Shown here: piece after piece, positions 1 through 11,000 of the stretch
How positions within the stretch are numbered: the first letter of the stretch is position 1
Layout of the letters: each line of letters begins with the position of its first letter
Assembly (NCBI GenBank): GCA_031408435.1
Contig: JANNWM010000047.1
Location: 9,349 to 73,348, forward strand
Source: Bacteroidota bacterium
Lineage (GTDB): Bacteria > Bacteroidota > Bacteroidia > Flavobacteriales > Flavobacteriaceae
Length of the DNA stretch: 64,000 nt
Direction of reading: 5' to 3'
Program-made: the position numbers and the translations under genes
The notes under the pieces: generated by a model
Told to the model about the DNA's origin: nothing
Databases searched by the model: none
Seen by the model: only the letters and a program-made list of their open reading frames with translations

Positions 1-14
1 AATTAAAAAAAGTA

Positions 15-22
15 TATTTTTG
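15..22 (+). promoter_or_regulatory. Bacteroidota -7 promoter element for ompH
   Basis: TATTTTTG matches TAnnTTTG, 20 nt before the ATG at 43; any -33 element would lie outside the window. Confidence 0.6.
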
Positions 23-42
23 TATTTAATAATTTTAAGAAA

Positions 43-642
43 ATGAAAAATTTAATTCTAGTTTTAGCTGGTGCTATATCAATAATATCTTGTAATAAAA
101 AAGTAGAAGAAGCTAAAGACAAAACTGCCAAAAAAGAAACTGTAGCTAAATCAAATATTGCTCCTAACGATAAAGCCGAAGTTCTAAAAACAGCTTATGT
201 TGACACAAGCGAATTGATGAAAGATTATCAAGAGGCCAAAGACATTGAGGCTAAATACAAAGCTAAAGCCAATCTAGCACAGCAAAAATTAGAAAATGAA
301 GGAGCAAAATTCAAAGTTGATGCACAGAATTTTCAGAAAAACGCTCAGGCAAATGGACAAGAATGGGCGCAAAAAAACGGTCTAGCGTTACAACAACGCG
401 AACAACAATTACAAATTATGCAACAGCAAATGCTTGAAGATTTGCAAGTTAAAAGCGACAAAGAACGCGAAACGGTTGTAAATGCTGTAAAAAAATTCAT
501 TAAAGATTACGGCAAAGAAAATGGTTATTCTTATATTTATGGAACTGGGCAACCAGCAACAGTTTTATATGCAGAAGAAAAATATGACATTACAAAAGAA
601 ATTCTAGATTTATTGAATGCGAAGTATAAAATAAAAAAATAA
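43..642 (+). CDS. ompH: OmpH/Skp family periplasmic chaperone, lipoprotein-like N-terminus
   Basis: TAYVDTSELMKDY motif, Gln-rich coiled coil, C-terminal GYSYIY and YDITKEILDLLN typical of Skp; IISC lipobox. Confidence 0.85.
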   Translation: MKNLILVLAGAISIISCNKKVEEAKDKTAKKETVAKSNIAPNDKAEVLKTAYVDTSELMKDYQEAKDIEAKYKAKANLAQQKLENEGAKFKVDAQNFQKNAQANGQEWAQKNGLALQQREQQLQIMQQQMLEDLQVKSDKERETVVNAVKKFIKDYGKENGYSYIYGTGQPATVLYAEEKYDITKEILDLLNAKYKIKK

Positions 643-695
643 ATTCAACTAATAAATCCTCCAAATCTCTAAGATTTTCTTTTTAAAATCTCAAA

Positions 696-2969
696 ATGCA
701 ATCAATTTCCGAAGCCGCACAATTTACTTTACGATTCATCAATCAAACCCAGAAATCGGTTTTTTTGACAGGAAAAGCAGGAACTGGAAAAACAACTTTG
801 TTACGCGAAATTATTGCAACAACCCACAAAAAAGTAGTTGTTGTTGCACCAACAGGAATTGCTGCTTTGAATGCTGGCGGAGTAACCATTCATTCGATGT
901 TTCAGCTGCCTTTTGGCGGATTTATTCCAGACAATTCCGCTCCACAATTCTCAGAAACTTCTAAGTTCGAAACTAAAGCAACTTTACGCAGACATTTCAA
1001 AATGAGCGCAATAAAGCGTGCGGTTATTAACAATATGGAACTTTTGGTTATAGACGAAGTCAGTATGTTGCGATCTGATTTGTTAGACGCAATCGATTTC
1101 ATGATGCAAACCGTTCGAAGAAAATCAGAACCTTTTGGTGGCGTTCAGGTTCTGTATATTGGCGATTTGTTGCAATTGCCACCTGTAGTTCGTGACGAAG
1201 AATGGCGTACTTTACGGAATTATTATTCAGGTAAATTCTTTTTTAATGCACACGTAGTTATCAGAAATCCACCGCTTTATATAGAATTAGATAAAATTTT
1301 TCGTCAAACCGATAATCAGTTTATTGCAATTTTGAATAATCTTCGAAACAATCAAATTTCTCGTGAAGATTTAGTCTTTTTGAACGATTATGTAAAACCA
1401 GATTTTGATCTCAAATCCAACAAAGGTTACATTACTTTAACGACTCACAATGCTAAAGCCGACACAATGAATGCTAGTTCTTTGGGAGATTTAGAAGGTA
1501 ATGAAATAAACTATAAAGCCGAATTAACTGGAGATTTTCCTGAAAAAATATATCCGATTGAGTTCAATCTAAAATTGAAAGTTGGTGCACAAGTCATGTT
1601 TGTCAAGAATGATTTAAATCTCGAAAAACGATATTTTAATGGTAAAATCGGTCTTGTAAAATCTATCGGAAAGCAAGAAATATTAGTTCATTTTCCTGAA
1701 AATAATACAACAATCGAAGTCGAAAAATTTGAATGGGAAAATATCAAATATCTAGTAAATGATATTACTAAAGAAATCGAAGAAGAAGTTTTAGGTACTT
1801 TTGTTCAATATCCTATTAAATTGGCTTGGGCAATCACGGTTCATAAAAGTCAAGGTCTAACTTTTGATAAAGCTGCACTTGATGTTTCGCAGGTTTTTAT
1901 GCCTGGTCAAGCTTATGTTGCGTTGTCTAGATTGCGCAGTTTGCAAGGTTTAGTACTTTTATCGCCGTTACGAATGAACGGAATTTCGAACGATCAAGAC
2001 GTTATGGATTATGCCGAAAACAAAGCTTCTGAAGAATCATTGGCGCATTCGCTGGAGCGTGAAACCAATAATTTTATTCATAATTATCTGAAAGACAGTT
2101 TTGATTGGCAAGATTTGGCACAACAATGGCGCAATCATTATTTTGGATACAAAGCCGAATCTGAATTGTCTAAGAAAACCAAACACATCGATTGGGCTAA
2201 AAAACAACTTGATGTTATAGACGATTTGTTAGAACCATCTCGTAAATTTGTATCACAAATCAATAAATTATTTTCTCAAGAAGACATTGATTTGAATTTT
2301 ATATTTGAGCGAATTCAAGCTGCTTTCAATTATTTTTTGCAACCAATGGACAATTTGGTTTACGAAATTCTTTGGAAAATAGAAGAAGTGCAACGTACCA
2401 AAAACGTAAAACAATTTTACGACGAATTATTAGAACTCGAAGATTTGCAAACCAAAGCCGTAATGCGGTTAATGAAAGCAAAATTATTAATTGAAACAGT
2501 TGTTGCTGGCGAAACAATTTCGAAAGAAAAATTATCGTCAGAAGCGATTAAGTTTTATAAAACCCTAAAACTCGAAACCATTCGAGAAGAATTCAAAAAA
2601 GTAAACATAACTTTAATAGAAAACGAAGACGATATTGAACGGTATTCAAGTAAGAAAAAAGAACCAAAAGCACCCAAAAAAGCTACAATTCAAGAAACTT
2701 TCGAACTTTGGGAATTAAAAAATGACATTAATCAAATTGCCGAAATTAGAAAATTGACACCAACAACAATCGAAGGACATTTTATAAAACTAATTGAAAA
2801 TCAAACAATTAATATTAATGAAATTTTAGAACCTCAAAAACTAAAAGATTTAGAAGCTGTTTTTAATGGTTATGAAGAAAATTCTTTAAACGGATTAATG
2901 GAAATGTATCCAAACCAATTCACGTGGAACGAATTAAAAATGTTAAGAGCAAGTTTGAAGGTTTTTTAA
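696..2969 (+). CDS. Pif1/RecD-like SF1B helicase with C-terminal helix-turn-helix
   Basis: Walker A GKAGTGKT, VVAPTGIAA, Walker B IDEVSM, GDLLQLPPV, AWAITVHKSQGLTF, YVALSR; C-terminal HTH (IAEIRKLTPTTIEGH). Confidence 0.9.
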   Translation: MQSISEAAQFTLRFINQTQKSVFLTGKAGTGKTTLLREIIATTHKKVVVVAPTGIAALNAGGVTIHSMFQLPFGGFIPDNSAPQFSETSKFETKATLRRHFKMSAIKRAVINNMELLVIDEVSMLRSDLLDAIDFMMQTVRRKSEPFGGVQVLYIGDLLQLPPVVRDEEWRTLRNYYSGKFFFNAHVVIRNPPLYIELDKIFRQTDNQFIAILNNLRNNQISREDLVFLNDYVKPDFDLKSNKGYITLTTHNAKADTMNASSLGDLEGNEINYKAELTGDFPEKIYPIEFNLKLKVGAQVMFVKNDLNLEKRYFNGKIGLVKSIGKQEILVHFPENNTTIEVEKFEWENIKYLVNDITKEIEEEVLGTFVQYPIKLAWAITVHKSQGLTFDKAALDVSQVFMPGQAYVALSRLRSLQGLVLLSPLRMNGISNDQDVMDYAENKASEESLAHSLERETNNFIHNYLKDSFDWQDLAQQWRNHYFGYKAESELSKKTKHIDWAKKQLDVIDDLLEPSRKFVSQINKLFSQEDIDLNFIFERIQAAFNYFLQPMDNLVYEILWKIEEVQRTKNVKQFYDELLELEDLQTKAVMRLMKAKLLIETVVAGETISKEKLSSEAIKFYKTLKLETIREEFKKVNITLIENEDDIERYSSKKKEPKAPKKATIQETFELWELKNDINQIAEIRKLTPTTIEGHFIKLIENQTININEILEPQKLKDLEAVFNGYEENSLNGLMEMYPNQFTWNELKMLRASLKVF

Positions 2970-3028
2970 ATTAATTTATGTAATTTTTTATCATTCCAAC
3001 AAATCTAATATCAAAAATCAAATATTTT

Positions 3029-3412
3029 TTACTGCAACCAATATACTACCATAACTGCTGGAACAAAATAAATTGCAATGTTTCGTGCACCATCATAATC
3101 ACGAATTAATCGTTGACCAAAAAGCATAAAAATCAGGCAAGTACAAGAAAAAACGCCACCATAAAACCCGAAAAGTCTTTGACCGTTAATAATTAGTTGA
3201 ACAATTCCAACACAACTGAAAATTCCAGCCAAAAGTTCTAGAAATACTAATATTCCGGTACACAGTACCATATAATTTTTTAAAAATGTTTTTTCGAACA
3301 AACCTTTGAGCCATTCGAGGTTTTCTTTCCAATAAAAAATCTTTTCATAAGCAGACTGAATAAAAGTCACAGCAAGAAAAATTAGAACCAAAATAGAAGC
3401 AACATTGTTCAT
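3029..3412 (-). CDS. DoxX family membrane protein
   Basis: 127 aa, several hydrophobic segments, FLAVTFIQSAYEKI and LIFMLFGQR motifs. Confidence 0.75.
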   Translation of the reverse strand: MNNVASILVLIFLAVTFIQSAYEKIFYWKENLEWLKGLFEKTFLKNYMVLCTGILVFLELLAGIFSCVGIVQLIINGQRLFGFYGGVFSCTCLIFMLFGQRLIRDYDGARNIAIYFVPAVMVVYWLQ

Positions 3413-3415
3413 AAC

Positions 3416-4564
3416 TTATTTTTTATGGATCAATCTAGTTAGTTTTATAGACAAATCGGTGAGTATTATTTTTGCATTTCCGTTTCTTTCGATATGATAC
3501 ATCGCATCAGAAAGTTCACGAAATATATCGTTAATATTGTTTCCATTAACGAATGGTGCAAAATTTTCGAGTTTAAAATTCTCGACTTTCGGCTCAATAT
3601 AAACTAAACTTGGAATTTCATAGTTCAATAATAAAGCTTGTCGAAACATTTCCATACAAAATTGCAAGAACTTTTTCTGGGTTTCTCGACCCAAAACAGC
3701 AATTTGTTCGCTCCAAGCAATCAAGTCTTGAATCGCTGCTGCATTGCCTTTTGCTCGAAAAGCGGCACGAACCCAAACTACAAACCATTCCTCGAACGGC
3801 GAATCTTCTGAATCATTTTTATATATATGTAAAGCTTTATTAAAATCTCCTTGAGCTTGATGTGAAATCTTTGTTGCTAGTTTCTCTTCGATATTATATC
3901 TATAAATCAATGCATTAGCAATTGTATTTTCGCTTAAATTTGCAAAATGTAGAACTTGGCAACGGGATCGAATGGTTTGAATAATATCTTCCTCGTTTTC
4001 GGTAATTAAAATAAAAAGTGTTTTCTCAGGCGGTTCCTCCAACAGTTTCAATAGTTTATTAGATGCTGCAATGTTCATTTTATCGGCCATCCAAACAATC
4101 ATTATTTTGTAACCACCTTCATAAGATTTTAACGCCAATGATTTTAAAATTTCTTGAGCATCGTCAACACGAATTTCTCCTTGTTTGTTGGCAACTCCTA
4201 AAACATTATACCAGTCAAATAAACTTCCGTATGGATTTTCTGATATAAATTGTCGCCAATCTTTAATAAAATCCAAACTTTTAGGTTTAGTTTTAACATC
4301 TTCGGTGCTAACAGTCGGGTATATAAAATGCAAATCAGGGTGAGAAAAGTTGTTAAACTTGATATTACACGAATCCAAACCTCCAGAATTTTCGTAATTT
4401 TGATTGTTGCATAAAACATATTGAGAATAGGTCAATGCCATTGCCAAAGTACCACTACCAGATTGACCAACAAACAGCTGAGCATGAGGGATTCTTCCTG
4501 TCGAGGCACTTTTTGTTAAATGATTTTTGAGATAATCTTGTCCTAAAATTTCAGAAAATTGCAT
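3416..4564 (-). CDS. holB: DNA polymerase III subunit delta prime
   Basis: MQFSEILGQ start, RIPHAQLFVG, HPDLHF, NKLLKLLEEPP, TIRSRCQ; start moved from 4570 to the ATG at 4564. Confidence 0.92.
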   Translation of the reverse strand: MQFSEILGQDYLKNHLTKSASTGRIPHAQLFVGQSGSGTLAMALTYSQYVLCNNQNYENSGGLDSCNIKFNNFSHPDLHFIYPTVSTEDVKTKPKSLDFIKDWRQFISENPYGSLFDWYNVLGVANKQGEIRVDDAQEILKSLALKSYEGGYKIMIVWMADKMNIAASNKLLKLLEEPPEKTLFILITENEEDIIQTIRSRCQVLHFANLSENTIANALIYRYNIEEKLATKISHQAQGDFNKALHIYKNDSEDSPFEEWFVVWVRAAFRAKGNAAAIQDLIAWSEQIAVLGRETQKKFLQFCMEMFRQALLLNYEIPSLVYIEPKVENFKLENFAPFVNGNNINDIFRELSDAMYHIERNGNAKIILTDLSIKLTRLIHKK

Positions 4565-4567
4565 CAA

Positions 4568-4575
4568 CAAATGTA
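4568..4575 (-). promoter_or_regulatory. -7 promoter element for holB
   Basis: TACATTTG on the minus strand, ending 3 nt before the ATG. Confidence 0.65.
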
Positions 4576-4863
4576 ATAGTAATGATTAATAAAAAAAAAT
4601 TTAATTTAAATGATGTTAATTTTCAAAAAACACCTATTTATTTACTTTTAATCGGCTATATTTGATTTTAATAGATTAATTAAGATTTTGAATTAGATAA
4701 ATTAACGATTTGCTAACTTTTAATTTATTTTCGCATAGTAATTATTAGATAAAATCTTTGGCACGGTTTTAGTATTACCAAAAACGATTGTAGCTTGTTG
4801 TTACAATTTAATTTTATAATAAACAAGTAAAAAAAAATAAACTATAAAAAAGTTATTAAACAC

Positions 4864-4893
4864 TTGTATGTTAAAAAAATTATATTACATTTG
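4864..4893 (+). promoter_or_regulatory. Promoter for the upstream half of the spr cluster
   Basis: TTG (4864-4866), 19-nt spacer, TACATTTG (4886-4893): full Flavobacterium -33/-7 consensus. Confidence 0.8.
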
Positions 4894-4919
4894 TACAATA
4901 TTTCTAATTGCCCCTAGTT

Positions 4920-5360
4920 ATGAACAGAAAAATTATTTTTTTAAGTATTTTATTTGCGGTTATCAGTTTTAGTTTAAACGCTCAACCAAAAAACAAACCT
5001 AAAAGCATTATTAGTACCAACAGTACTTTCAAAAGATATTACGATAAAACAGAACTTGAATCTTTACAGAAAGGTGAACTTATTGGTCTGTACACTGAAA
5101 GAATTAGACTATTAGTGAGTACACTTCCTTACATCGCAATGGCATCAAAAGCTGGAGTAACAATGTCTGACATAGGTATTCCTGACAACGCAGAAAATAG
5201 AAAAGCTCTTGACGTTGAGCAAGAAACCTCAGGAGTATTTTTAACATCAACTGTTGATTTTCAAACAAAAATGTTACCCTATTGCGACAAACCAACAATT
5301 ATAACATGTATTTTGTTTTACGAAAGTATGTTGAAAGAGTTGCACACAATGAATGAATAA
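4920..5360 (+). CDS. Conserved hypothetical exported protein, first gene of the spr cluster
   Basis: Signal peptide MNRKIIFLSILFAVISFSLNA; position two genes upstream of sprC; ATG at 4920 preferred to 4908. Confidence 0.75.
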   Translation: MNRKIIFLSILFAVISFSLNAQPKNKPKSIISTNSTFKRYYDKTELESLQKGELIGLYTERIRLLVSTLPYIAMASKAGVTMSDIGIPDNAENRKALDVEQETSGVFLTSTVDFQTKMLPYCDKPTIITCILFYESMLKELHTMNE

Positions 5361-5394
5361 TTAAATTTTTTTCAATAAATTAAATTGATCCCAA

Positions 5395-6684
5395 ATGAAA
5401 AACCTAACCAAATTTTCGATTATTGCAATTTTTTCAGCAGTGTCAAGTTTTGCACAGCAAGAAAAAGGTATTGTTGGTTCATCTAACTGGTTAAATAACT
5501 GGACTGATTTTAAACCAACCAAAACTGAATATAATGATACCAATCAAATTTTATTTGGTAACATAACCACTAATACTGTACTATACAAAAAAAACACTTA
5601 CTTGTTACAAGGTAATGTTTATGTCACTAACAATGCGGTGTTAACTATTGAGCCTGGTACAGTTATAAAAGGAGATTTTGAATCAAATGGTAGTTTAATT
5701 ATCACCAAAGGTGCAATGTTAGTTGCAGATGGTAAAGAAACTGATCCGATTGTTTTCACATCTAATAAAATAGTTAAAAAACCAGGAGATTGGGCAGGAA
5801 TTGTTCTATTAGGAGATGCACCAATAAATAAATTTGGTGGAACAGCTTCTTTATCTTTAGATGTTGACCCTGCAAGAACATTATATGGTGGTACTAACAA
5901 TACTTGCAATTCTGGAATTTTGAGATATGTTAGAGTAGAATTCGCTGGAAGAAAAGTTAAAGGTTTTAAAGAATTTAATAGCATAACATTTGCTGGGGTT
6001 GGTAATAAAACAATACTTGAAAACGTAATGTGTAGCTTTTCTGGAGACGATTCATATGAGTTTTTTGGAGGTGATGTTAACATGTCTAAAATGGTTTCTT
6101 TCAAAGCCAATGACGACGATTTTGACTTTTCACAAGGTGCCCAAGCAATTGTTGATAACTCATTGACAATAAGAAATTCTTTTGTGTCTGCAGCAAACGG
6201 TTCTCGTTGTATTGAAATAGATTCTTATGAAAGAAAAGAAGACGCAGATTTTTCCAAAAAACTTACAACAATCATTGCTTCTAATATGACCATGTTGAAT
6301 GAAAGCGATAATTTAGCGCAAGACATCGCAAGTGGTTTAATTAAAGATGCAATTAGAATAGGTGAAAACAGTTTCTTAACTATCAAAAGAAGCGTCATAT
6401 CAGGTTTCAATCCTGCAATAATTCTAGACTCAAAAATTTCAGTTAACGAAGCTGGCTTTAAAAAAATAAACCTTCAAGATATTTATTTCAATAACTGCAA
6501 AGGAAATATTTTTACAGAAAATAATACCAACAACGAAGATTTAGAAGATTATTACGCACAAAGCTCATTTTCAAACCTTTATTCGTCAGGAGAAAATAAA
6601 GATACTTTTATCGATTATAAAAATCCGAAACAACCAGATTTTAGATTAAAAATCGGAAAAATTACAGCATCAAATTCTAAATAA
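5395..6684 (+). CDS. Exported beta-helix-like hypothetical protein of the spr cluster
   Basis: Signal peptide; LTIEPGTVIKG, PIVFTS, PGDWAGIVLLG, SGILRYVRVEFAG and DDSYEFFGG motifs of a Bacteroidota beta-helix family. Confidence 0.75.
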   Translation: MKNLTKFSIIAIFSAVSSFAQQEKGIVGSSNWLNNWTDFKPTKTEYNDTNQILFGNITTNTVLYKKNTYLLQGNVYVTNNAVLTIEPGTVIKGDFESNGSLIITKGAMLVADGKETDPIVFTSNKIVKKPGDWAGIVLLGDAPINKFGGTASLSLDVDPARTLYGGTNNTCNSGILRYVRVEFAGRKVKGFKEFNSITFAGVGNKTILENVMCSFSGDDSYEFFGGDVNMSKMVSFKANDDDFDFSQGAQAIVDNSLTIRNSFVSAANGSRCIEIDSYERKEDADFSKKLTTIIASNMTMLNESDNLAQDIASGLIKDAIRIGENSFLTIKRSVISGFNPAIILDSKISVNEAGFKKINLQDIYFNNCKGNIFTENNTNNEDLEDYYAQSSFSNLYSSGENKDTFIDYKNPKQPDFRLKIGKITASNSK

Positions 6685-6702
6685 TACAATTTGTATTTTT
6701 AT

Positions 6703-6739
6703 AAAACAAATCCATTAATAACCTTAATGGATTTGTTTT
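6703..6739 (+). terminator. Terminator-like hairpin upstream of sprC
   Basis: 16-bp perfect stem AAAACAAATCCATTAA / TTAATGGATTTGTTTT, 5-nt loop. Confidence 0.6.
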
Positions 6740-6801
6740 ATTAGCTAATAATTAATTTTCTATAAAGTTATTTTTTTGTTATAGCCCAAATAATTTCAAA
6801 T

Positions 6802-8046
6802 ATGAAAAAATTACCTACTGCTTTTTTAATAAAAATTTATTTTGTTTTGTTTTTTATTGGAATAATTTCCAAAAGTTTCTCGCAATCAATTAGTAAAATT
6901 AATACCAATCCGTCTGATGTATTTACATATATTTGTGCATATGAAGGCAATAATGCATTCTTTTTTAATTATACTTTTAATCCACCGTCTTTTTTTACTG
7001 GCACAACTTTCAATTTATTAATTTCTGATGCAAATGGACTGTTTCCAGCCGTTAACAATGTTGTTGCTACTTCAATTTCTTCTGGATCAACTACAAATAA
7101 AATAAAGTTCTATGTTCCAACTAATTTTGTTGGAGGTAACAATTACAAATTCAAAATTCAAAGTACTACAACCCCAGTAATATCTAGTCCAGAAACTGAT
7201 TCTTTTGAGGTTTATTATAGAGTTTTCGTTGACCCTTTTTCAATTAATGACAACCAACCATTAACGCTTTGCGGTAATACTACAGGTGTCCTTTCGATCG
7301 ATGATCCAACTGCAGAGCCTGCTTCAATTAGTTATTTAAAGTACAATTGGTTCCGCAATAATGTATTAATTCCAAATCAAAAAGGAATATCAATTCCTGT
7401 AAATGCCGCCGGTACCTATTATTGTCAAGTTGATTATGGTACATTAGGGTGTACAAATCTTGGTGCAGGTGATTTAAATAGGGGTGTTTCTACACCCGAA
7501 ATTACTGTAAATATCGCAACTGGAGGTTCTAACACTGTAATTTCTTCTTCAAACCCGTCAAATTTTGTAACCGAAGGAGCACCTGCAACACTTAGTACAG
7601 AAAACAATCCTTTGTTTTTTTACCAGTGGTATAAAGACGGTGTCGTGCTAAATGGCGAAACAACTACCTCGTTAACAACCAATATTGAAGGAACTTATTA
7701 TTTAGAAATATACAGTGGCATTTGTACAAACAAATCAAATGAAATTCAACTTATACTCAAAAAACCTTCTTTGGCAACAGTTATTCCAAATTTAATAAGT
7801 CCAAATGGCGATGGTGTAAATGATGTTTGGGAAATTCCAGAAATATACAGTTCTAATTTAATACCAAATAGTGCCAACATAACTATTCGTGATTCTAACG
7901 GAAAATTAGTTTACGAAACCGACAACTACATAGGCGATTGGCCACAAACTGGCTTTGATTTTAATGGTATAAATCCAATATTTTATTATTTAATCTCAGC
8001 CAAAAACGGTGATGTTAAAAAAGGAACTATAACAATTGTAAAATAA
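6802..8046 (+). CDS. sprC: Gliding motility protein SprC-like, T9SS type B C-terminal domain
   Basis: Signal peptide, Ig-like YQWYKDG segments, C-terminal VIPNLISPNGDGVNDVW; directly upstream of a PorP-family gene. Confidence 0.8.
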   Translation: MKKLPTAFLIKIYFVLFFIGIISKSFSQSISKINTNPSDVFTYICAYEGNNAFFFNYTFNPPSFFTGTTFNLLISDANGLFPAVNNVVATSISSGSTTNKIKFYVPTNFVGGNNYKFKIQSTTTPVISSPETDSFEVYYRVFVDPFSINDNQPLTLCGNTTGVLSIDDPTAEPASISYLKYNWFRNNVLIPNQKGISIPVNAAGTYYCQVDYGTLGCTNLGAGDLNRGVSTPEITVNIATGGSNTVISSSNPSNFVTEGAPATLSTENNPLFFYQWYKDGVVLNGETTTSLTTNIEGTYYLEIYSGICTNKSNEIQLILKKPSLATVIPNLISPNGDGVNDVWEIPEIYSSNLIPNSANITIRDSNGKLVYETDNYIGDWPQTGFDFNGINPIFYYLISAKNGDVKKGTITIVK

Positions 8047-8047
8047 C

Positions 8048-11000
8048 ATGAAGAAATATTATATAATTATTGTTTTGTTATTTGCCAATTTGTTTATGTT
8101 TTCTCAAAACAATGGCATCAAATCTTTTGAATTACCAGCTCAAAATTCATTAAAATTCAATAAGTTTTTAATAAATCCGACTTTTAGTTTTGTTAAAGAA
8201 GAAGATCCTTATTTAAGTATTTTTAATAAACGACAGTGGGCAGGTTTCGAAAATGCACCATTGACTTATTCGGCAAATTATTCTACAAAATTCGAAGACA
8301 ACAATGCTTTCTCTATTGGAGTATTTTTGCAGGATTATTCCATAATTAGCAGTCAAGGTGCAATTTTGAATTATGCAAGAAACGTACAATTTGATGACGA
8401 CAGTAATTTAACATTCGGTATAAATCTTTCAGCATTTAAATCTGGAATAAACACATCTAAAATAATAACAAATTTTCCTGATCCGTTACTTAACGGATTT
8501 AAATCTTCTACAATTGTTGCCCTTAATCCAGGAATAAATTATGGTACAGATATCATTGACTTTGGTATTTCTGCAAAAAATCTTTTCCAATACGATTTTT
8601 CATTATCCCAAAATGTAACTTTAGATCCGCTAAAAAGTTTTCAAGGTCATTTTATGTATACTGGATACATAGAAAGTGGCGATATTTTTGATGGAAGTAA
8701 ATTTATAACTTTAGTAAGGGCAGAAAAACAAAGAGAAAATACGGTTCTCTCGGGTAATTTATTGTTAGATATACCAAAATTAGGTTGGGTGCAAGGCGGT
8801 TACAACAACATTGACGGAATTGCAGCTGGACTAGGTTTTAATATTACAAGAAACATTTCTTTTGGATATAATTTCGAAAAAGGTCTTGGAGATGCTGCAA
8901 AATTAGGATTCACTCACGAGTTTTTATTAGCATATTACTTTAAAGAATCCGAAGAAAGTAGTGATGGCGGTCCTATTTATGTGACCAAACCAATAGTCGT
9001 TACTCCAGTTGTAAAAATAGATAACGAAAAAATTGCAGCCGAAGAAAAAGCTAGAGCTGACGCAGAAGCTAAATTTTTAGCCGATAAACAAAAAGCTACC
9101 GAGGCTAAGTTAAAAGCAATCGCTGATGCAAAAGCAAAAGCAGAAGAAGATGCAATTGCATTTGCTGAAAAACAAAAACTCAACGCAATTGCAAATGCAG
9201 AAAAAGCCAAAGCCGCTGTCGATGCGAAAATTTTAAGCGACAAACAAAAAATTGCTGATGCAAAAGCCAAAGCAATTTCAGATGCTGCAAAAGCTAAAAT
9301 TGATGCAATTGCACAAGCCAAAGAAGACGCTGAAGCCGCAAAAATTAAGGCGATAGAGGATGCAAATTTATTAGCTCAAAAACGAAAATCAGACGCTGAT
9401 GCAGCCAAGTTAAAAGGTGCAGAAGCTGCAAAATTATTAGCCGATGCAAAAGCCAAAGCTTTGAAAGAAAAAGCATCAACAGATGCAGCCAAAGCATTAG
9501 AACTTGCCGCATCTAATAAAGCAAAAGCTGATGCCGCCAAACTTCTTGCCGATGAACAAAAAGCAACAGCCGATGCTGCCAAAGCCGAAGCAGCAGCAAA
9601 CGCCAAGATTTTAGCAGACAAACAAAAAGCCGAAGCTGATGCAGCCAAGTTAAAAGGTGCAGAAGCAGCCAAGCTTCTAGCCGATGCAAAAGCCAAAGCA
9701 TTGAAAGAAAAAGCAGCAACAGATGCAGCCAAAGCATTAGAACTTGCCGCATCTAATAAAGCAAAAGCTGATGCCGCCAAACTTCTTGCCGATGAACAAA
9801 AAGCAACAGCCGATGCTGCCAAAGCCGAAGCAGTAGCAAACGCCAAGATTTTAGCAGACAAACAAAAAGCCGAAGCTGATGCAGCCAAGTTGAAAGCTGC
9901 AGAAGCAGCCAAATTATTAGCCGAAGCAAAAGTAAAAGCTGATAAAGAAAAAGCAGATGAGTTAGCAGCAAAAAATAAAGCAATTGCCGATGCCACAAAA
10001 GCTAAAGAAGAAGCTTCTGCCAAATTAATTTCTGACGCAGCAAAAGCTAAAGCCGATGCAGCATCTAAATTAGCTGCAGCCGCAACCGCAAAAGCTGATA
10101 AAGAAAAAGCAGATGCAGATGCAGCAAAATCCAAAGCACAAGCCGATGCTGCAAAAGCAAAAGCAGAACAAGATGCAAAAAATATTGCCGATGCAAATAA
10201 ATCAGAAACAGATAAATCTTTAGATTATGTTAAGAAAATTCTTGACGATGCAACTAAAAACTCAAAAGGATTATTGTCTAAATTAGAGTCTACAGTTTTA
10301 AACAAAGAGAAAGATTTAAAAGATTTGAAAGAAGAGAATGATTTAGGAGACAAAGGAATTATTAAAACACCTAAACCATTTCAAAGTGCTAGCGAGGCAA
10401 ATAAAGCACTTGAAACTTTAAAAAATGAACTGACCGAATCTACTAAACAACAAGCAGGCTTTATTACTCAATACGAAGATTTATTAACAGAAAGACAGAA
10501 AAAAATTCCAAACAGAGCTGACCCTGTTAACGTTTCTTATTTAGAAGCTATTGATAAATTAAAGGCAGAGCAGTTAAAAACGGAACAATTAAAATCTAAT
10601 TTAATAACTAAGTTAGATAAAATTAAAACAGATATAGATATAGAGAAAAAGCGTAGAATAAAGCGTGCTGCTTTCGAAAGCGGTCAAAGTCGTTATGATA
10701 AAGACCGTACGGCTTTAAAAATCATTAAAGAAACAACCGTACAATCAAAAACAGCACTAACAAGCGATGATTTTGATTTCGGTACAGATGACCAGGGCAA
10801 CATGCAAATTCTTAAGAAAATTGAAAACACACAGCCCGGATTCTATTTAATTCTAGCTGTACATACGGACACCACCAAAAGAGATGCTTTTTTAACAAAA
10901 ATGGTGTCATCTGGAGTTATCAATGTAGATTTCTTTTTTGATATTGTCTCTGGTAAATATTTTATTTATTCAAAAAAATACGAAAACATAGATGAAGCAT

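Noticed and set aside
8977-10134. Minus-strand ORFs of 114, 252, 79 and 81 aa over sprD
   Set aside because: These are antisense shadows of the Ala/Lys repeat codons, and their own repetition mirrors the sprD repeat.
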